DNA of 61,528 bases, counting the filler. It is 7 parts of 7 records of this genome, joined end to end, with 100 filler letters (N's around TTAATTAATTAA, not from the genome) between each part and the next. Parts side by side here need not be neighbours in the genome. Positions count along the whole stretch, not along the records: positions 1 to 17,087 come from SRR31147125_37798; 6 more parts are not named here. One strand, written 5' to 3'. This document shows positions 1 through 10,942 of the stretch, in pieces. The notes under the pieces are model-generated. The model did not search any database. It was not told the DNA's origin and saw only the letters and a program-made list of their open reading frames with translations. Positions within the stretch are counted from its first letter, which is position 1. Every line of letters begins with the position of its first letter. A program made the position numbers and the translations under genes.

Positions 1-487
1 GGGAGGGTAGTTCAGGATTTTCTTCGATCCATTTAATGTGTTTATTATCACCGAGAATATCGTCATGCCAGTATTTTTTTGTCACCCTGAGGGCTGATGG
101 TGTGTATTTTTCCGCAAGACGTAAAGAAAATGAGGGATAAAAAGTGCTAAAGGTTTTTACCGGATCGTCGGATTCAATTAAAGCATGAGAATAACTTTTT
201 GCAAAGTTATAATCAGTCCTGCTCACAACAATATCCGCATTTTTAAAAAGCTGGTTATTGCCAACATGATCTGGGTGAACATGCGTGTTGATAACAAGAT
301 CAAAGTCGTCAGGACAAAGACCTATTTCGTTTAGTCTGTCAACAAGGTCCGGTTTTTGGGCATAACCTGTATCGCAAATGATTAACAGATCGGGCAAACG
401 GATAACCGTTGACAAAAGTGGTACAATCGTATACCGTTTGCCCAGACCATATTTCATCTGCATGATTAATGGATATATTCGAATCAT
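1..487 (-). CDS. Metallo-beta-lactamase-fold hydrolase, 3' end outside the window
   Basis: Manually translated from the ATG at 487 (MIRIYPLIMQ...ICDTGY...FDLVINTHVHPDHVGNN). Has the DTG and THxHxDH MBL motifs. Not in the ORF track because it runs off the window edge. Confidence 0.85.
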   Translation of the reverse strand, partial: MIRIYPLIMQMKYGLGKRYTIVPLLSTVIRLPDLLIICDTGYAQKPDLVDRLNEIGLCPDDFDLVINTHVHPDHVGNNQLFKNADIVVSRTDYNFAKSYSHALIESDDPVKTFSTFYPSFSLRLAEKYTPSALRVTKKYWHDDILGDNKHIKWIEENPELPS

Positions 488-593
488 AGGGAAATATCAG
501 ATGATGTAATAACTGTGTACCGCACGCAGCGATTGTTTTTGCCGGGTCACAGGTGATGTATTTGTTGATTCATTTGAGTTTAGAGATCGCTCA

Positions 594-1835
594 TCATTCA
601 TATAAATGGGTCACGAGTCCGCTCAGGAGTTTTGGCTCGAACCAGGTTGATTTTGGCGGCATAACCTGTCCATCGTCTGCTACTTCCATAATCTGTTCCA
701 TTTTGGTGGCATAAAGGGAAAAAGCCACGGCAAACTGGCCGCTATCGACAAAATTGCTGATTTTTTCCACGCTGTCCAAACCACCGACGAATTTTAATCG
801 TGGATCTGTTCTCTGGTCCACAATGTTTAGAACAGGTTCAAAAAGATATTTCTGTAAAATGGATACATCCAAAGAAGCCACTGTGTCAGCTGTCTGATCC
901 TCTTCTTTAAGCGCGAGAGCATACCATTTGTGGCTCAAATAGACGCCAATTGTTTTGGGAGTTGAGGGTTTGAAAAATTTATCCTCAACAGGCGTTACGA
1001 TGAAATTCTGTTCGATTTTATTAAGAAATTCCGCTTCGGAAAGTCCGTTCAAATTTTTCACAACTCTGTTATAAGGTAAAATCAACATTTCCGATTCGGG
1101 AAAAATAACGGTCAGGAAAGAATGATACTCTTTCTTTTCCACATCCAGGGGATTTATCTCTTTTTGTTTTTGATACATCTGAGATGCGGCTTCTGAACGG
1201 TGGTGACCATCGGCAATATACAAAAAGTCGGTATTTGCAAACGCTTTTTGTATCTGTTCAATCATTGCCGGATCTTCTATCTTGTAGAAAATATGTCTGA
1301 CATCAAAATCACCAATCATGTCATAAACAGGTTCAGATTTGGTGCATTGGACGAGCAGGTTATTTAGCTCGGTTTGGTCACGATATGTCAGGAAAACCGG
1401 ACCGGTTTGCGCGTTTAATGCTTGCATTAAGCGGATGCGATCATCGACCTTGACCGCCTGGGTGTGTTCATGTTTTTTTATAATTCCCTGCAGATACTCC
1501 TCAACCGAGGCGCAGGCAACCAGGCCCGTCTGTTGATGATCGCCCATAATTTGTGTGTAGACATAATAACAGGGTTTATCATCCTGAACCAGGACACCGT
1601 CCCGGACAAATTTTTGTAAATTTTCTTTGCCCTTTTCATATACCGACGAATCGTATTGTGATATGGATGGATCCAGATCAATTTCAGGTTTAATGATATG
1701 AAGAAATGAATTTGGATTATTCTGAGCTTTTGCTCGTGCTTCATCAGAATCCAGTACATCATAAGGTAATGAAGCAACGTTCTGAACGAGTTCAGGTTTG
1801 GGACGCAGTCCGCGAAATGGGTATACTTTTGCCAT
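594..1835 (-). CDS. DUF1015 family protein
   Basis: 413 aa with the family motifs PYDV, IKKHEHT, YIADGHHR and C-terminal MPPKSTWFEPKL. Confidence 0.9.
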   Translation of the reverse strand: MAKVYPFRGLRPKPELVQNVASLPYDVLDSDEARAKAQNNPNSFLHIIKPEIDLDPSISQYDSSVYEKGKENLQKFVRDGVLVQDDKPCYYVYTQIMGDHQQTGLVACASVEEYLQGIIKKHEHTQAVKVDDRIRLMQALNAQTGPVFLTYRDQTELNNLLVQCTKSEPVYDMIGDFDVRHIFYKIEDPAMIEQIQKAFANTDFLYIADGHHRSEAASQMYQKQKEINPLDVEKKEYHSFLTVIFPESEMLILPYNRVVKNLNGLSEAEFLNKIEQNFIVTPVEDKFFKPSTPKTIGVYLSHKWYALALKEEDQTADTVASLDVSILQKYLFEPVLNIVDQRTDPRLKFVGGLDSVEKISNFVDSGQFAVAFSLYATKMEQIMEVADDGQVMPPKSTWFEPKLLSGLVTHLYE

Positions 1836-2244
1836 GGAAAAGATCCTTGTTAAAAATACGTGATTATAAATTTTCGTATTTTAAATATTCAAAAGTGAAA
1901 ATGCAAGGAAAATAAAGAATTGAAAATTATTTAACCGGTCGCAAGAGACAAATATTCAATCAAATGTATAAGAAAAAACGCGAAATTGTATTCTTTATAG
2001 AAATGAAAGATAATTAATTCAAAGTAAAACTCCTCTCTTGGAATATTCGTGATTCATTTTATATTAGGTATATCCTGATTCATCGTAGAGAAGAAAGGAC
2101 TTGAGTTGTATTCCCATAACACAAATAATTCAAAAAAAAAGCGATATTTTTATATTTGTCCAAAATATATAATATACTGGAATTTACCTCTTTTTATAAC
2201 ATGTTATATATAAAAAATTGATATTGTTATAAGAGGAGACCATC

Positions 2245-2823
2245 ATGGCCAATACACCATCCACAATGCTCGCCCTGGGAACAAAGCTGCCGGTTTTCGA
2301 GTTGCCGGATTTTAATAATAAACTCTATTCAAGTAAAGATAGCGCCGGAAAAGCCGTTCTTGTTATGTTTATTTGCAACCACTGTCCTTTTGTCAAGCAT
2401 GTGGCAAGAGTACTGTCCAATCTGGCCAATCAATTTCAGGAACGCGGGATCGCTGTATATGCCATCAGTTCAAATGATATAGAAAAGTATCCTGCCGATT
2501 CACCGGAAAATATGAAACTATTTGCACAGGAACATGGCTTTAAATTTCCCTATCTGTTTGATGAAACACAGGACATCGCCAAAAACTACAGGGCCGCCTG
2601 CACCCCGGATTTTTATCTGTTTAATGAAAATCACGAGCTCGTCTATCGTGGACAAATGGATGATAGCCGGCCGGGAAACGATATTCCGGTTACAGGACAT
2701 GATCTATCAACAGCCGTGAACGATCTATTATCCGGAGAAGTTATTTCCATAACACAAAAACCCTCTATTGGCTGTAATATTAAATGGAAACCGGGAAACG
2801 AACCAGACTATTTTGCCACATAA
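2245..2823 (+). CDS. Thioredoxin-fold/AhpC-TSA redoxin family protein
   Basis: FICNHCPFV (CxxC), AACTPDF, YRGQMDDSRP and PSIGCNIKWK motifs; AGGAG RBS upstream. Confidence 0.9.
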   Translation: MANTPSTMLALGTKLPVFELPDFNNKLYSSKDSAGKAVLVMFICNHCPFVKHVARVLSNLANQFQERGIAVYAISSNDIEKYPADSPENMKLFAQEHGFKFPYLFDETQDIAKNYRAACTPDFYLFNENHELVYRGQMDDSRPGNDIPVTGHDLSTAVNDLLSGEVISITQKPSIGCNIKWKPGNEPDYFAT

Positions 2824-2908
2824 TGGCTGAGTTAAAGTGCAGCAGACAGAAAATAGCTCTCATTAAAATAATGATATCCAATAAAATTTAACAACAAGGG
2901 CACATGAT

Positions 2909-5053
2909 ATGAGAAAGTTTCAGATCATCACGGTTTGGATAATATATTTTAGTGCAACTGTTTTTTCCCAACAGGCTTCTGAGCCGCCCAAAGTAGGATT
3001 GGCTTTGAGTGGCGGGGGTGCAAAAGGATTGGCCCATATTGGCGTCTTGAAAGTGCTTGAGGAGGCAGGTATTTCTGTAGATTATATAACCGGAACCAGC
3101 ATGGGGAGCATTGTCGGATCACTGTATGCCATAGGATACAGCGCCTCTGACCTGGATCACCTGGCCACTCATATTGACTGGGCTGACCTGTTTTCAGATA
3201 TAGTAGAGAGACGCAATATGGCCATGGAAGAAAAAATATGGGATGGTCGATATATTGCCTCATTACCTTTAGATAAAGGAGGCATTCAACTTCCCAGTGG
3301 ACTCATTCCCGGTCAAAAATTGCTGGCTTTGCTGGAACAGTTGATGTGGCCGGTACATCATGTGAGGGAATTTAAAGAGTTACCAATCCCGTTCGCGTGT
3401 ATCGCCACAAACATAGAGACTGGACAGCCTGTTTTATTGGATAACGGATTTTTACCTGATGCCATACGTGCCAGTATGGCCATTCCCACGGTCTTTACTC
3501 CGATAAAAATAGATAACAAGCTTCTCGTGGACGGGGGGCTTGTTCGAAATTTTCCGGTAGAAGATGTGCGAAATATGGGTGCAGAATTTGTCATTGGAGT
3601 TGATGTTGGTAGCTCTATTCGTTCCGCTGACAGTTTAAATACTTTTTTTGACATTATTATGCAATCTATATTTTTTCAGGATTTTTTTCCAAAGAAGCGC
3701 AATATAAACTGTGTGATGCCATCGTAAAACCAGATGTTAACACATTTTCATTGCTCGGTTTTGGAGATGCAAGAGAGATCATTGATCTTGGTGAGGAGGC
3801 GGCACGGAAAGTATTGCCAGAGATTTTAGCAAAGATGGACTCGGGTCAGATTCCGTTAAACAAATCCCGAAAATCTCTTGTTGCCAAAGTGGATTCGATT
3901 TATATTACGGAATTAAAGTTTGATGGCTTGCGAGATGTGTCCCCACGGTTGCTGATGTCAGAATTGAATTTAACAACCCCGGTATGGCTTTCAGCCAAAG
4001 ATATTGAAAACGCCGTCGAACGAGTTTATAGTTCGTACTTTTTTGATAAAGTTTCTTATATTTTACAGCCGAATCAAAAGGGTATGCGGCTTGTCATAAG
4101 GGTTATTGAAAAACAAAAAGATGTGTTTCGTTTTGGTTTGCGTTATGATAATGATACCAAAACAGCCTTGCTGCTGAATACGACTTTTCGCAATCTCCTG
4201 GCACATGGATCTGCCCTGATCTTTGATCTGAGATTGGGTAACTTGCAGAATTTTGATAGCCAATATTTTATTCACACCGGATTTCGGCAGCGATTAGGCC
4301 TACGACTCCGGGCGAATTATAGTCGAAATGATATTGATATCTATCGAGGCGAAAAGCGCATCGCTAACATGCGTGTACGCTCGACGTTTTTTGAAGGATT
4401 TCTGGGAACCATTTTTTCAACGACATTTATCACAGGTATTGGAATGCGCAGTGAATCATCTCATATTTCTCCCAGGATCGCACCTGAATCTTTTGAATCC
4501 AGTGACCAAAATATCCTGCATATTTACGGCAGTTTTTGGATGGATACGTTTGACAGAGTTATGTTTCCCAGTAGTGGAGTATCTTTATTGTTGGAAACCA
4601 GATATACAAATAAAGAATATTTTGGAGATGTTGATTTTTCAAGACATTTAATCGACTGGACATCCATCATCAAAATGAATGAAAAATTATCTCTATCAAG
4701 TCGAGTACAACTTGGCAGAATGTTTGGAGATAATATCCCGCTTCAGTACAAGTTTTACCTGGGCGGTTTGGACTCTTTTGATGGTTTAAAACGCTACGAG
4801 TTGTCAGGTTCACATTTTCAGGCACTTCAGGTTGGCGCCCAGTATGAAATTTTGAAGAATCGCTTTTTATCATTCAGGTGGAATATGGGCAGTGCAACGG
4901 ATGAATGGAGTGCTTTGCTGAAAAAAGGCAAATCATGACCGGATTCGGACTCGCTTTTGGTATTGCCACACCTATTGGTCCGATTGAAGCGATCTTTACC
5001 GGGGAAGCCGTCACAAAAATTTGAGTTATATCAATATGGGATATAAATTTTAA
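2909..5053 (+). CDS. Patatin-like phospholipase with POTRA and Omp85-type beta-barrel (PlpD/type Vd-like), split by about 3 homopolymer frameshifts
   Basis: ORF 2909-3727 has a signal peptide, LSGGGAKG, GTSMG and DGG. ORF 3751-4938 has POTRA and barrel strands. A shifted frame continues TPIGPIE...YINMGYKF* to 5053, with the terminal Phe typical of outer-membrane barrels. Breaks fall at T, A and G runs near 3685, 4930 and 5002. Confidence 0.85.
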
Positions 5054-5123
5054 GTGAATTTTTATTTAAATAGCCGGAAATAGTAGTTTTCATTTCAACA
5101 TCAATTATAAAGCGCCTTGTACG

Positions 5124-6257
5124 ATGAATATAGTGATCCTCGAACCCTATTTTACCGGTTCCCATGCTGCCTGGGCAGAAGGTTTTAAAAAATACAGTAA
5201 GAATAATATCACCATACTCTCCCTGAATGGCCAATTCTGGAAATGGCGAATGCATGGCGGTGCGGTATCTTTGGCGAAAAAGTTTATGCAATCCGATTTA
5301 AAACCCGATCTTTTTCTGGCCACAGATATGCTGGATGTGACCACGTTTTTGTCCCTGACAAGATCTCGCACAGCTCATATTCCAATAGCCATTTATTTTC
5401 ATGAAAATCAATTGTGTTATCCCTGGTCGCCGGATGATCGGGACCGGGTGCACAAACGCGACAAGCATTATGGATTTATCAATTATGCATCCGCTCTGTC
5501 TGCTGATGCAGTATTTTTTAATTCCAGTTTTCACATGCACAGTTTGCTTACAGAATTAAAAAAATTCCTGAATCACTTTCCTGACCATAAGGAATTGGAA
5601 AGCATAGAAAAAATAGCGGAAAAAAGTCGTGTTTTACATCTTGGCCTGGATTTGTCTCGATTTGACAGCCTGGAATCTGATCAGAAAAATGCGGGAAATA
5701 AAAACAGCGTACCATTGGTTCTTTGGAACCATAGATGGGAGTATGATAAAAATCCGGATGACTTTTTCCGCATGTTGTTAAAGTTAAACGAGCAAAAAGT
5801 GGATTTTCAGGTGGCTATTCTGGGTGAGAATTTCAGTCGCAAACCAAAGGAATTTGACGAAGCAAGGCAGGAATTGGGAGAAAAAGTCGTTCAATATGGA
5901 TTTGCAGAAAATTTTCAAAATTATGCTGAATGGCTTTGGAAGGCGGATATCCTTCCGGTTACTTCCAATCAGGATTTTTTTGGCGCCAGTATTGTGGAAG
6001 CTGTTTATTGTGGCTGTTACCCCTTGCTGCCGGAGAGATTAACTTATCCGGAACTGTTTCCAATAAAGGATTTTCAGGAACACTTTTATGCTGATTTCGA
6101 GGATTTGGTGATAAAAATGGCATCTGTGATCCAAAATATCAACAAGATCAATACAAATAAGCTGCAAAAAAACGTTGAAAAATTCAAGTGGCAAAATATG
6201 GCACCGCTTTATGATGATGCTTTGGAAGAGGTCGCTACAAAACATGGCTCGGCATGA
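5124..6257 (+). CDS. DUF3524/GTDC1(QTMAN)-like GT-B glycosyltransferase
   Basis: EPYFTGSH, WKWRM, YFHENQLxYP, WNHRWEYDK and QDFFG motifs match the GTDC1/DUF3524 family. Confidence 0.85.
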   Translation: MNIVILEPYFTGSHAAWAEGFKKYSKNNITILSLNGQFWKWRMHGGAVSLAKKFMQSDLKPDLFLATDMLDVTTFLSLTRSRTAHIPIAIYFHENQLCYPWSPDDRDRVHKRDKHYGFINYASALSADAVFFNSSFHMHSLLTELKKFLNHFPDHKELESIEKIAEKSRVLHLGLDLSRFDSLESDQKNAGNKNSVPLVLWNHRWEYDKNPDDFFRMLLKLNEQKVDFQVAILGENFSRKPKEFDEARQELGEKVVQYGFAENFQNYAEWLWKADILPVTSNQDFFGASIVEAVYCGCYPLLPERLTYPELFPIKDFQEHFYADFEDLVIKMASVIQNINKINTNKLQKNVEKFKWQNMAPLYDDALEEVATKHGSA

Positions 6258-6291
6258 CAGTATGACTCTTAACATAATGTGAAATAGGCTG

Positions 6292-7365
6292 ATGAATTTT
6301 ATCAAGATTTTTTTAATATATATGGTTTTTATCATGACACTGACAACGAAAATGGCGATTACGCAGGATATTATAGAACCACAGCATCATACGCCTGATG
6401 GATTTCGCAATCCGTTTCCGGATTTTGAGGAAAAGGGATTCACTGATTTTATTAAATGGAGTGTGATTGACCGGTTTAAAGGTAAAAAGGAAAAAAAGCC
6501 GGAAAAATATTTTTTCAAAACTGTTGAAAATAATGGTCAGTATTTAAGGACAAATAAAGCCGAATATACCGTTACCTGGATCGGCCACTCGACTTTGCTG
6601 GTGCAAATGAATGGTTTAACAATTCTGACGGATCCCATATGGAGTGAGCGATGTTCTCCGATTGGTTTTGCCGGACCTAAACGTTATGTCAAACCCGGAC
6701 TTGCATTTGAGGATCTTCCGGATATTGATGTCGTTTTTATCTCACATGATCATTATGATCACCTGGATAAAACCACCATAAGACAATTGGGTAACAAGCC
6801 GTTTTATTTCGTGCCTCTCGGAATTGGAGATTTTCTTGAAAAGCAGGGAATTACGAATTATAAGGAATTGGATTGGTGGGATTCTTTTGTTTATCGTGAT
6901 GTGGAATTTGTTTGCACACCAGCGCAACATTTTTCCGGCCGGTCCTTTAACAATCGGAATAATACACTCTGGTGCAGTTGGGTTGTAAAAGCCCCTGAAA
7001 GCAGTTTTTATTTTGCCGGCGATACGGGATATTGCCCTGTTTTTAAAACCATTGGCGAAAAGTATGGTCCATTTGATCTTGTTGCCATACCCATAGGCGC
7101 TTATCTTCCCAGATGGTTTATGGGGCCTGTCCACGTTGATCCTGGTGAAGCACTGAAGGTCTATGCGGATGTTAAAGGCAAACGATTTATCCCCATTCAT
7201 TGGGGCACATTCGATTTGGCGGATGAACCTCTTGACAGACCAATGAAGGATCTTTTGAAAGAAATCAAAAAAAACAGCCTGGATATGCAGGATTTTCTTT
7301 TGCTCAAGCATGGAGAAACTTTTACTATTCCTACATCGAAACAATCAGTTCTTCCCGCGTATTAA
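6292..7365 (+). CDS. MBL-fold hydrolase, NAPE-PLD/RomA-like
   Basis: TWIGHST, TDPIWS, ISHDHYDHLD, PAQHFSGR, GDTGY, PIGAY and PIHWGTF motifs. Confidence 0.9.
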   Translation: MNFIKIFLIYMVFIMTLTTKMAITQDIIEPQHHTPDGFRNPFPDFEEKGFTDFIKWSVIDRFKGKKEKKPEKYFFKTVENNGQYLRTNKAEYTVTWIGHSTLLVQMNGLTILTDPIWSERCSPIGFAGPKRYVKPGLAFEDLPDIDVVFISHDHYDHLDKTTIRQLGNKPFYFVPLGIGDFLEKQGITNYKELDWWDSFVYRDVEFVCTPAQHFSGRSFNNRNNTLWCSWVVKAPESSFYFAGDTGYCPVFKTIGEKYGPFDLVAIPIGAYLPRWFMGPVHVDPGEALKVYADVKGKRFIPIHWGTFDLADEPLDRPMKDLLKEIKKNSLDMQDFLLLKHGETFTIPTSKQSVLPAY

Positions 7366-7458
7366 ATATTACCGTTTTGATTTTATTAATCCTTTCCTTA
7401 TATTTTAGATTGGCAAATAAATTATATACACAACATTTATCCAACGAAATAGTGTAAA

Positions 7459-9408
7459 ATGTTACAAGTTCAGGATGTATATTTTTCAATAGGTGAGCTG
7501 GAGTTACTAAAGGGTATTCAGTGGATTATTAATCCCGGTAAACGAATCGCTTTGATCGGGCCCAATGGTGCTGGAAAAACCACGCTTTTGCGCGTGCTGG
7601 CTGGAGAAAATCCACATTATACCGGAGATATTTGCAAGCCGAAACAGTATACCATTGGCTATCTTCCGCAGGAAGAAATGTCCATTGGTAGTGGTCCCAT
7701 ATTGGATTGTGTCTTGCAGGGACACCAGGAAATCATTGACATTGAAAAAAAGATGAATGATCTGCATTCTCAAATCGATTCAACGAATGGAGAACAGGCG
7801 GATCTGCTGAAACGACTGGGTGCTCTGGAAGAACGCTATGATGCGCTTGACGGTTACCGGATGGAATCCAACGCTAAATCCATACTTTCCGGGTTGGGTT
7901 TTCCCGAGTCTGATTTTCAGCGTCAACTTTCGGATTTCAGTGGTGGTTGGCGCATGAGAGTTTTTCTCGCCAGAATCCTTGTGCAAAAACCTGATTTATT
8001 ATTAATGGATGAGCCTACCAATCACCTGGATTTACCCTCTCTGGAGTGGCTGGAGCAGTACCTTCTTAATTTTCAAGGCAGCGTCGTTCTGGTCTCGCAT
8101 GATCGGTTTTTTATTGATCGCCTTGCTCAGGAAATTGCCGAGCTGGAAAATGGCAAGCTTTATTTTTACCCGGGGCAGTATCAGCTGTACTTGCAGAAAA
8201 AAGAAGAACGTAATCTTTTACTTTTGAAAAGGTGGGAAGAACAAAACGCTGAACGGGAACGACAGCAAAAATTTATTGAAAGATTTCGGTACAAAGCGAC
8301 AAAAGCAAAGCAAGTTCAAAGTCGCGTTAAACAACTGGAAAAGATCGAACAGATTGACATGCCCTCTGCAAGTAAGAAAAAAATCAATTTTCAAATAAAG
8401 GTTGATGTGCCGAGTTATAAAGATGTTCTCAAAATCAAAAATATGGCTTTCAGGTACGAAAAAGAGTGGGTGTTAGAGGATATAGATCTGGATATATACA
8501 GGGGGCAGAAGATAGCCCTGGTCGGAATTAACGGCGCCGGAAAAACGACATTGACCAGATTGATTGTGGGACAGTTAAGGGCGCAAGCTGGTCGTCTTGA
8601 TGTCGGTCAAAGAACTACAATTGGTTATTATGCCCAGCATCAGGTCGATGCTTTAGATCTGGATTCTACAGTATATGATGAGGTTGCCTCAACAGCGGCT
8701 CATGCTCAACTTCCCAAAGTCAGAGATATTTTGGGTGTATTTCAGTTTAGCGGTGATGATGTTTTTAAAAAGATACGGGTTCTATCAGGAGGAGAAAAGG
8801 CGAGAGTCTCATTGGCAAAGATGCTTATATCGCCGGTTAATTTTCTCATTATGGATGAACCTACAAACCATCTGGATATATCTTCCAAGGATGCGCTTGA
8901 ACATGCACTTTTGGAATATGATGGCACACTGCTTCTTATTTCCCATGACCGGTATTTTTTAGACAAACTCGTAAGTAGGGTGCTTGAAATTAAGGACAAG
9001 CATCTCAGAGAATATGAGGGAAACTATACAGAATATCTTAAAAAGCGTGAAGAACAAACTATAGTTTCCACTGTTTCTGAATCACCGGAAAAAGAAAATA
9101 ACAATTCATCTAAAAAGTCCAAAGATCAAAAGCGTTTAGAAGCAAACGCCAGGCAAGCTGTTAGTAAAGAAAGAAATAAACTAAAGTCTGAAATTGAATT
9201 GCTTGAAGAGCAGATCAGTAAATATGAATCGGCCAAGTCTGAATTGGAAGAAATGATGGTAAAACCGGAGACCTATCAGGACGGGGAAAGAGCAGCCTCC
9301 ATGCAAAAAGATTATGCGGACATATCCCAAAATTTACAATCCTGTTATGAGCGGTGGGAAGAGGCCCAATTGGAATATGATGATATTATTAATCAATTGT
9401 CAATGTGA
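7459..9408 (+). CDS. ABC-F family ATPase with C-terminal coiled coil (YheS/Uup-like)
   Basis: Two ABC cassettes (GPNGAGKTT/FSGGW/DEPTNHLD and GINGAGKTT/LSGGE/DEPTNHLD), no transmembrane segments. Confidence 0.93.
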   Translation: MLQVQDVYFSIGELELLKGIQWIINPGKRIALIGPNGAGKTTLLRVLAGENPHYTGDICKPKQYTIGYLPQEEMSIGSGPILDCVLQGHQEIIDIEKKMNDLHSQIDSTNGEQADLLKRLGALEERYDALDGYRMESNAKSILSGLGFPESDFQRQLSDFSGGWRMRVFLARILVQKPDLLLMDEPTNHLDLPSLEWLEQYLLNFQGSVVLVSHDRFFIDRLAQEIAELENGKLYFYPGQYQLYLQKKEERNLLLLKRWEEQNAERERQQKFIERFRYKATKAKQVQSRVKQLEKIEQIDMPSASKKKINFQIKVDVPSYKDVLKIKNMAFRYEKEWVLEDIDLDIYRGQKIALVGINGAGKTTLTRLIVGQLRAQAGRLDVGQRTTIGYYAQHQVDALDLDSTVYDEVASTAAHAQLPKVRDILGVFQFSGDDVFKKIRVLSGGEKARVSLAKMLISPVNFLIMDEPTNHLDISSKDALEHALLEYDGTLLLISHDRYFLDKLVSRVLEIKDKHLREYEGNYTEYLKKREEQTIVSTVSESPEKENNNSSKKSKDQKRLEANARQAVSKERNKLKSEIELLEEQISKYESAKSELEEMMVKPETYQDGERAASMQKDYADISQNLQSCYERWEEAQLEYDDIINQLSM

Positions 9409-9452
9409 AAAGGGATATATAGAAAGATTTAGATATTAATGACCCTGGGTAG

Positions 9453-9492
9453 AATAAAAAAACGCTGATTTTTTGATCAGCGTTTTTTTATT
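9453..9492. terminator. Bidirectional intrinsic terminator between convergent ABC-F and pfp
   Basis: Inverted repeat AATAAAAAAACGCTGAT...ATCAGCGTTTTTTTATT with A and T tails on both sides. Confidence 0.85.
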
Positions 9493-9510
9493 GTAAAGAA
9501 TTTATCAAGC

Positions 9511-10806
9511 CTACTTGGCCATATAGCCGAATAACTCCATGAATTTCTCTTTATCCATGTTTCCAGCTTTAGCTACATTTGTGATGAACTGTTCGTCCTT
9601 AAAGTCTCGTTTATCCAAACGAACCATATAACTTTTGGCAACTCTGTATTGTTCGCTGTTGATATCCACCATGCGAACAGCTGTTTTGTGTGTTTTCGGA
9701 TCGATCATTTCGTCAAAAGGCATGGGTTTTAATTCGCCACTATCAACGCAGATCATAGCGTTTTTCTGATGCTGAGGTTCATCGCTCAATAAGTAGCTAA
9801 CCGCGTTATAACCCAGGTCGCGTGTATATTCCTGATCAAATGGAATTGGATCGGCGCATCGTAGTACATAACCGATGTTGATATCCACAACAGGCACCTT
9901 GTAACCGCGTTCTTTAAAGCGTCGCTGCATTTCCTGTTTGATGATTTTTCCCAAGTCCACTTCTGCTAATCTGAGGTGACCATAAGTATCATATTCAACA
10001 TTGACACCAGGTACCTGTTTTAATTCTTCAGGGCTAAATCTTTCGGCAACACCTTCTGCAATGACCAGTACACCGTGATCATTACCCATGGCTCTACGTT
10101 TGAGAATGGCTGTCTCAAAGATATCACACACTTTGGCTAAAGAAATATGCTCGTCTTTATTAAATTCTTCAGCAATGATGGCAGCAGTTGCACCGGCAGA
10201 TTTGGTGATACCCAGCGCAAGGTGGCCGGCATGTCGGCCCATTGCCACGGTTAGATACCAGCGGCCAGCTGTACGTGCATCTTCCATCAGATTTTTTACG
10301 AGTACGGCTCCAAGATCTCGTGCTGTCTGGTAGCCAAATGTCGGAATATTATTTGGTAAAGGTAAGTCATTGTCTATTGTTTTAGGAACGTGCGCGAATT
10401 TAATGTCCCCACCTGCGGCCTTGGCGATTTCACTGGCTCCATAGGATGTGTCGTCTCCACCAGTGGTGACCATGTATTTGATTCCGAGCTTGCGAAGCAT
10501 TTTAACCGCATTCTCGACACCGTTTTTGCTTTTCACTGGATTTGTACGTGATGTTCTCAAGATAGAACCACCATCGAAATGTATACGAGAAACATCGCTA
10601 ATGCGCAATTCTTTTACATGTTTGAGCAACTCATCTTCATCACCTTCTACCAGCCATTTATATCCATCATAGATTCCATATACTTTTAAATTATAGCGTC
10701 GTGCTGCGATGGTAACAGCGGAAATAACGCCATTAAGTCCTGGTGCCGGGCCACCACCAACAAGGATACCAAGGTTACCTTTAATCTCGAGATTTTCATT
10801 TGCCAT
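9511..10806 (-). CDS. pfp: Pyrophosphate-dependent phosphofructokinase
   Basis: GGGPAPGLN, GGDD and PKTIDND (PPi-specificity signature), MGR motif. Confidence 0.88.
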   Translation of the reverse strand: MANENLEIKGNLGILVGGGPAPGLNGVISAVTIAARRYNLKVYGIYDGYKWLVEGDEDELLKHVKELRISDVSRIHFDGGSILRTSRTNPVKSKNGVENAVKMLRKLGIKYMVTTGGDDTSYGASEIAKAAGGDIKFAHVPKTIDNDLPLPNNIPTFGYQTARDLGAVLVKNLMEDARTAGRWYLTVAMGRHAGHLALGITKSAGATAAIIAEEFNKDEHISLAKVCDIFETAILKRRAMGNDHGVLVIAEGVAERFSPEELKQVPGVNVEYDTYGHLRLAEVDLGKIIKQEMQRRFKERGYKVPVVDINIGYVLRCADPIPFDQEYTRDLGYNAVSYLLSDEPQHQKNAMICVDSGELKPMPFDEMIDPKTHKTAVRMVDINSEQYRVAKSYMVRLDKRDFKDEQFITNVAKAGNMDKEKFMELFGYMAK

Positions 10807-10942
10807 AGTATATTCTCTCCAACCGTAATTTTTATTCTTGATGTCTAGTTTTCAGGATTTATTCATCATAATATGACATGGAGAAGATAATCCTGAAAAT
10901 TGTCTTTTTATTATAAATGTGAATTTGTATACAAATGTTAAA

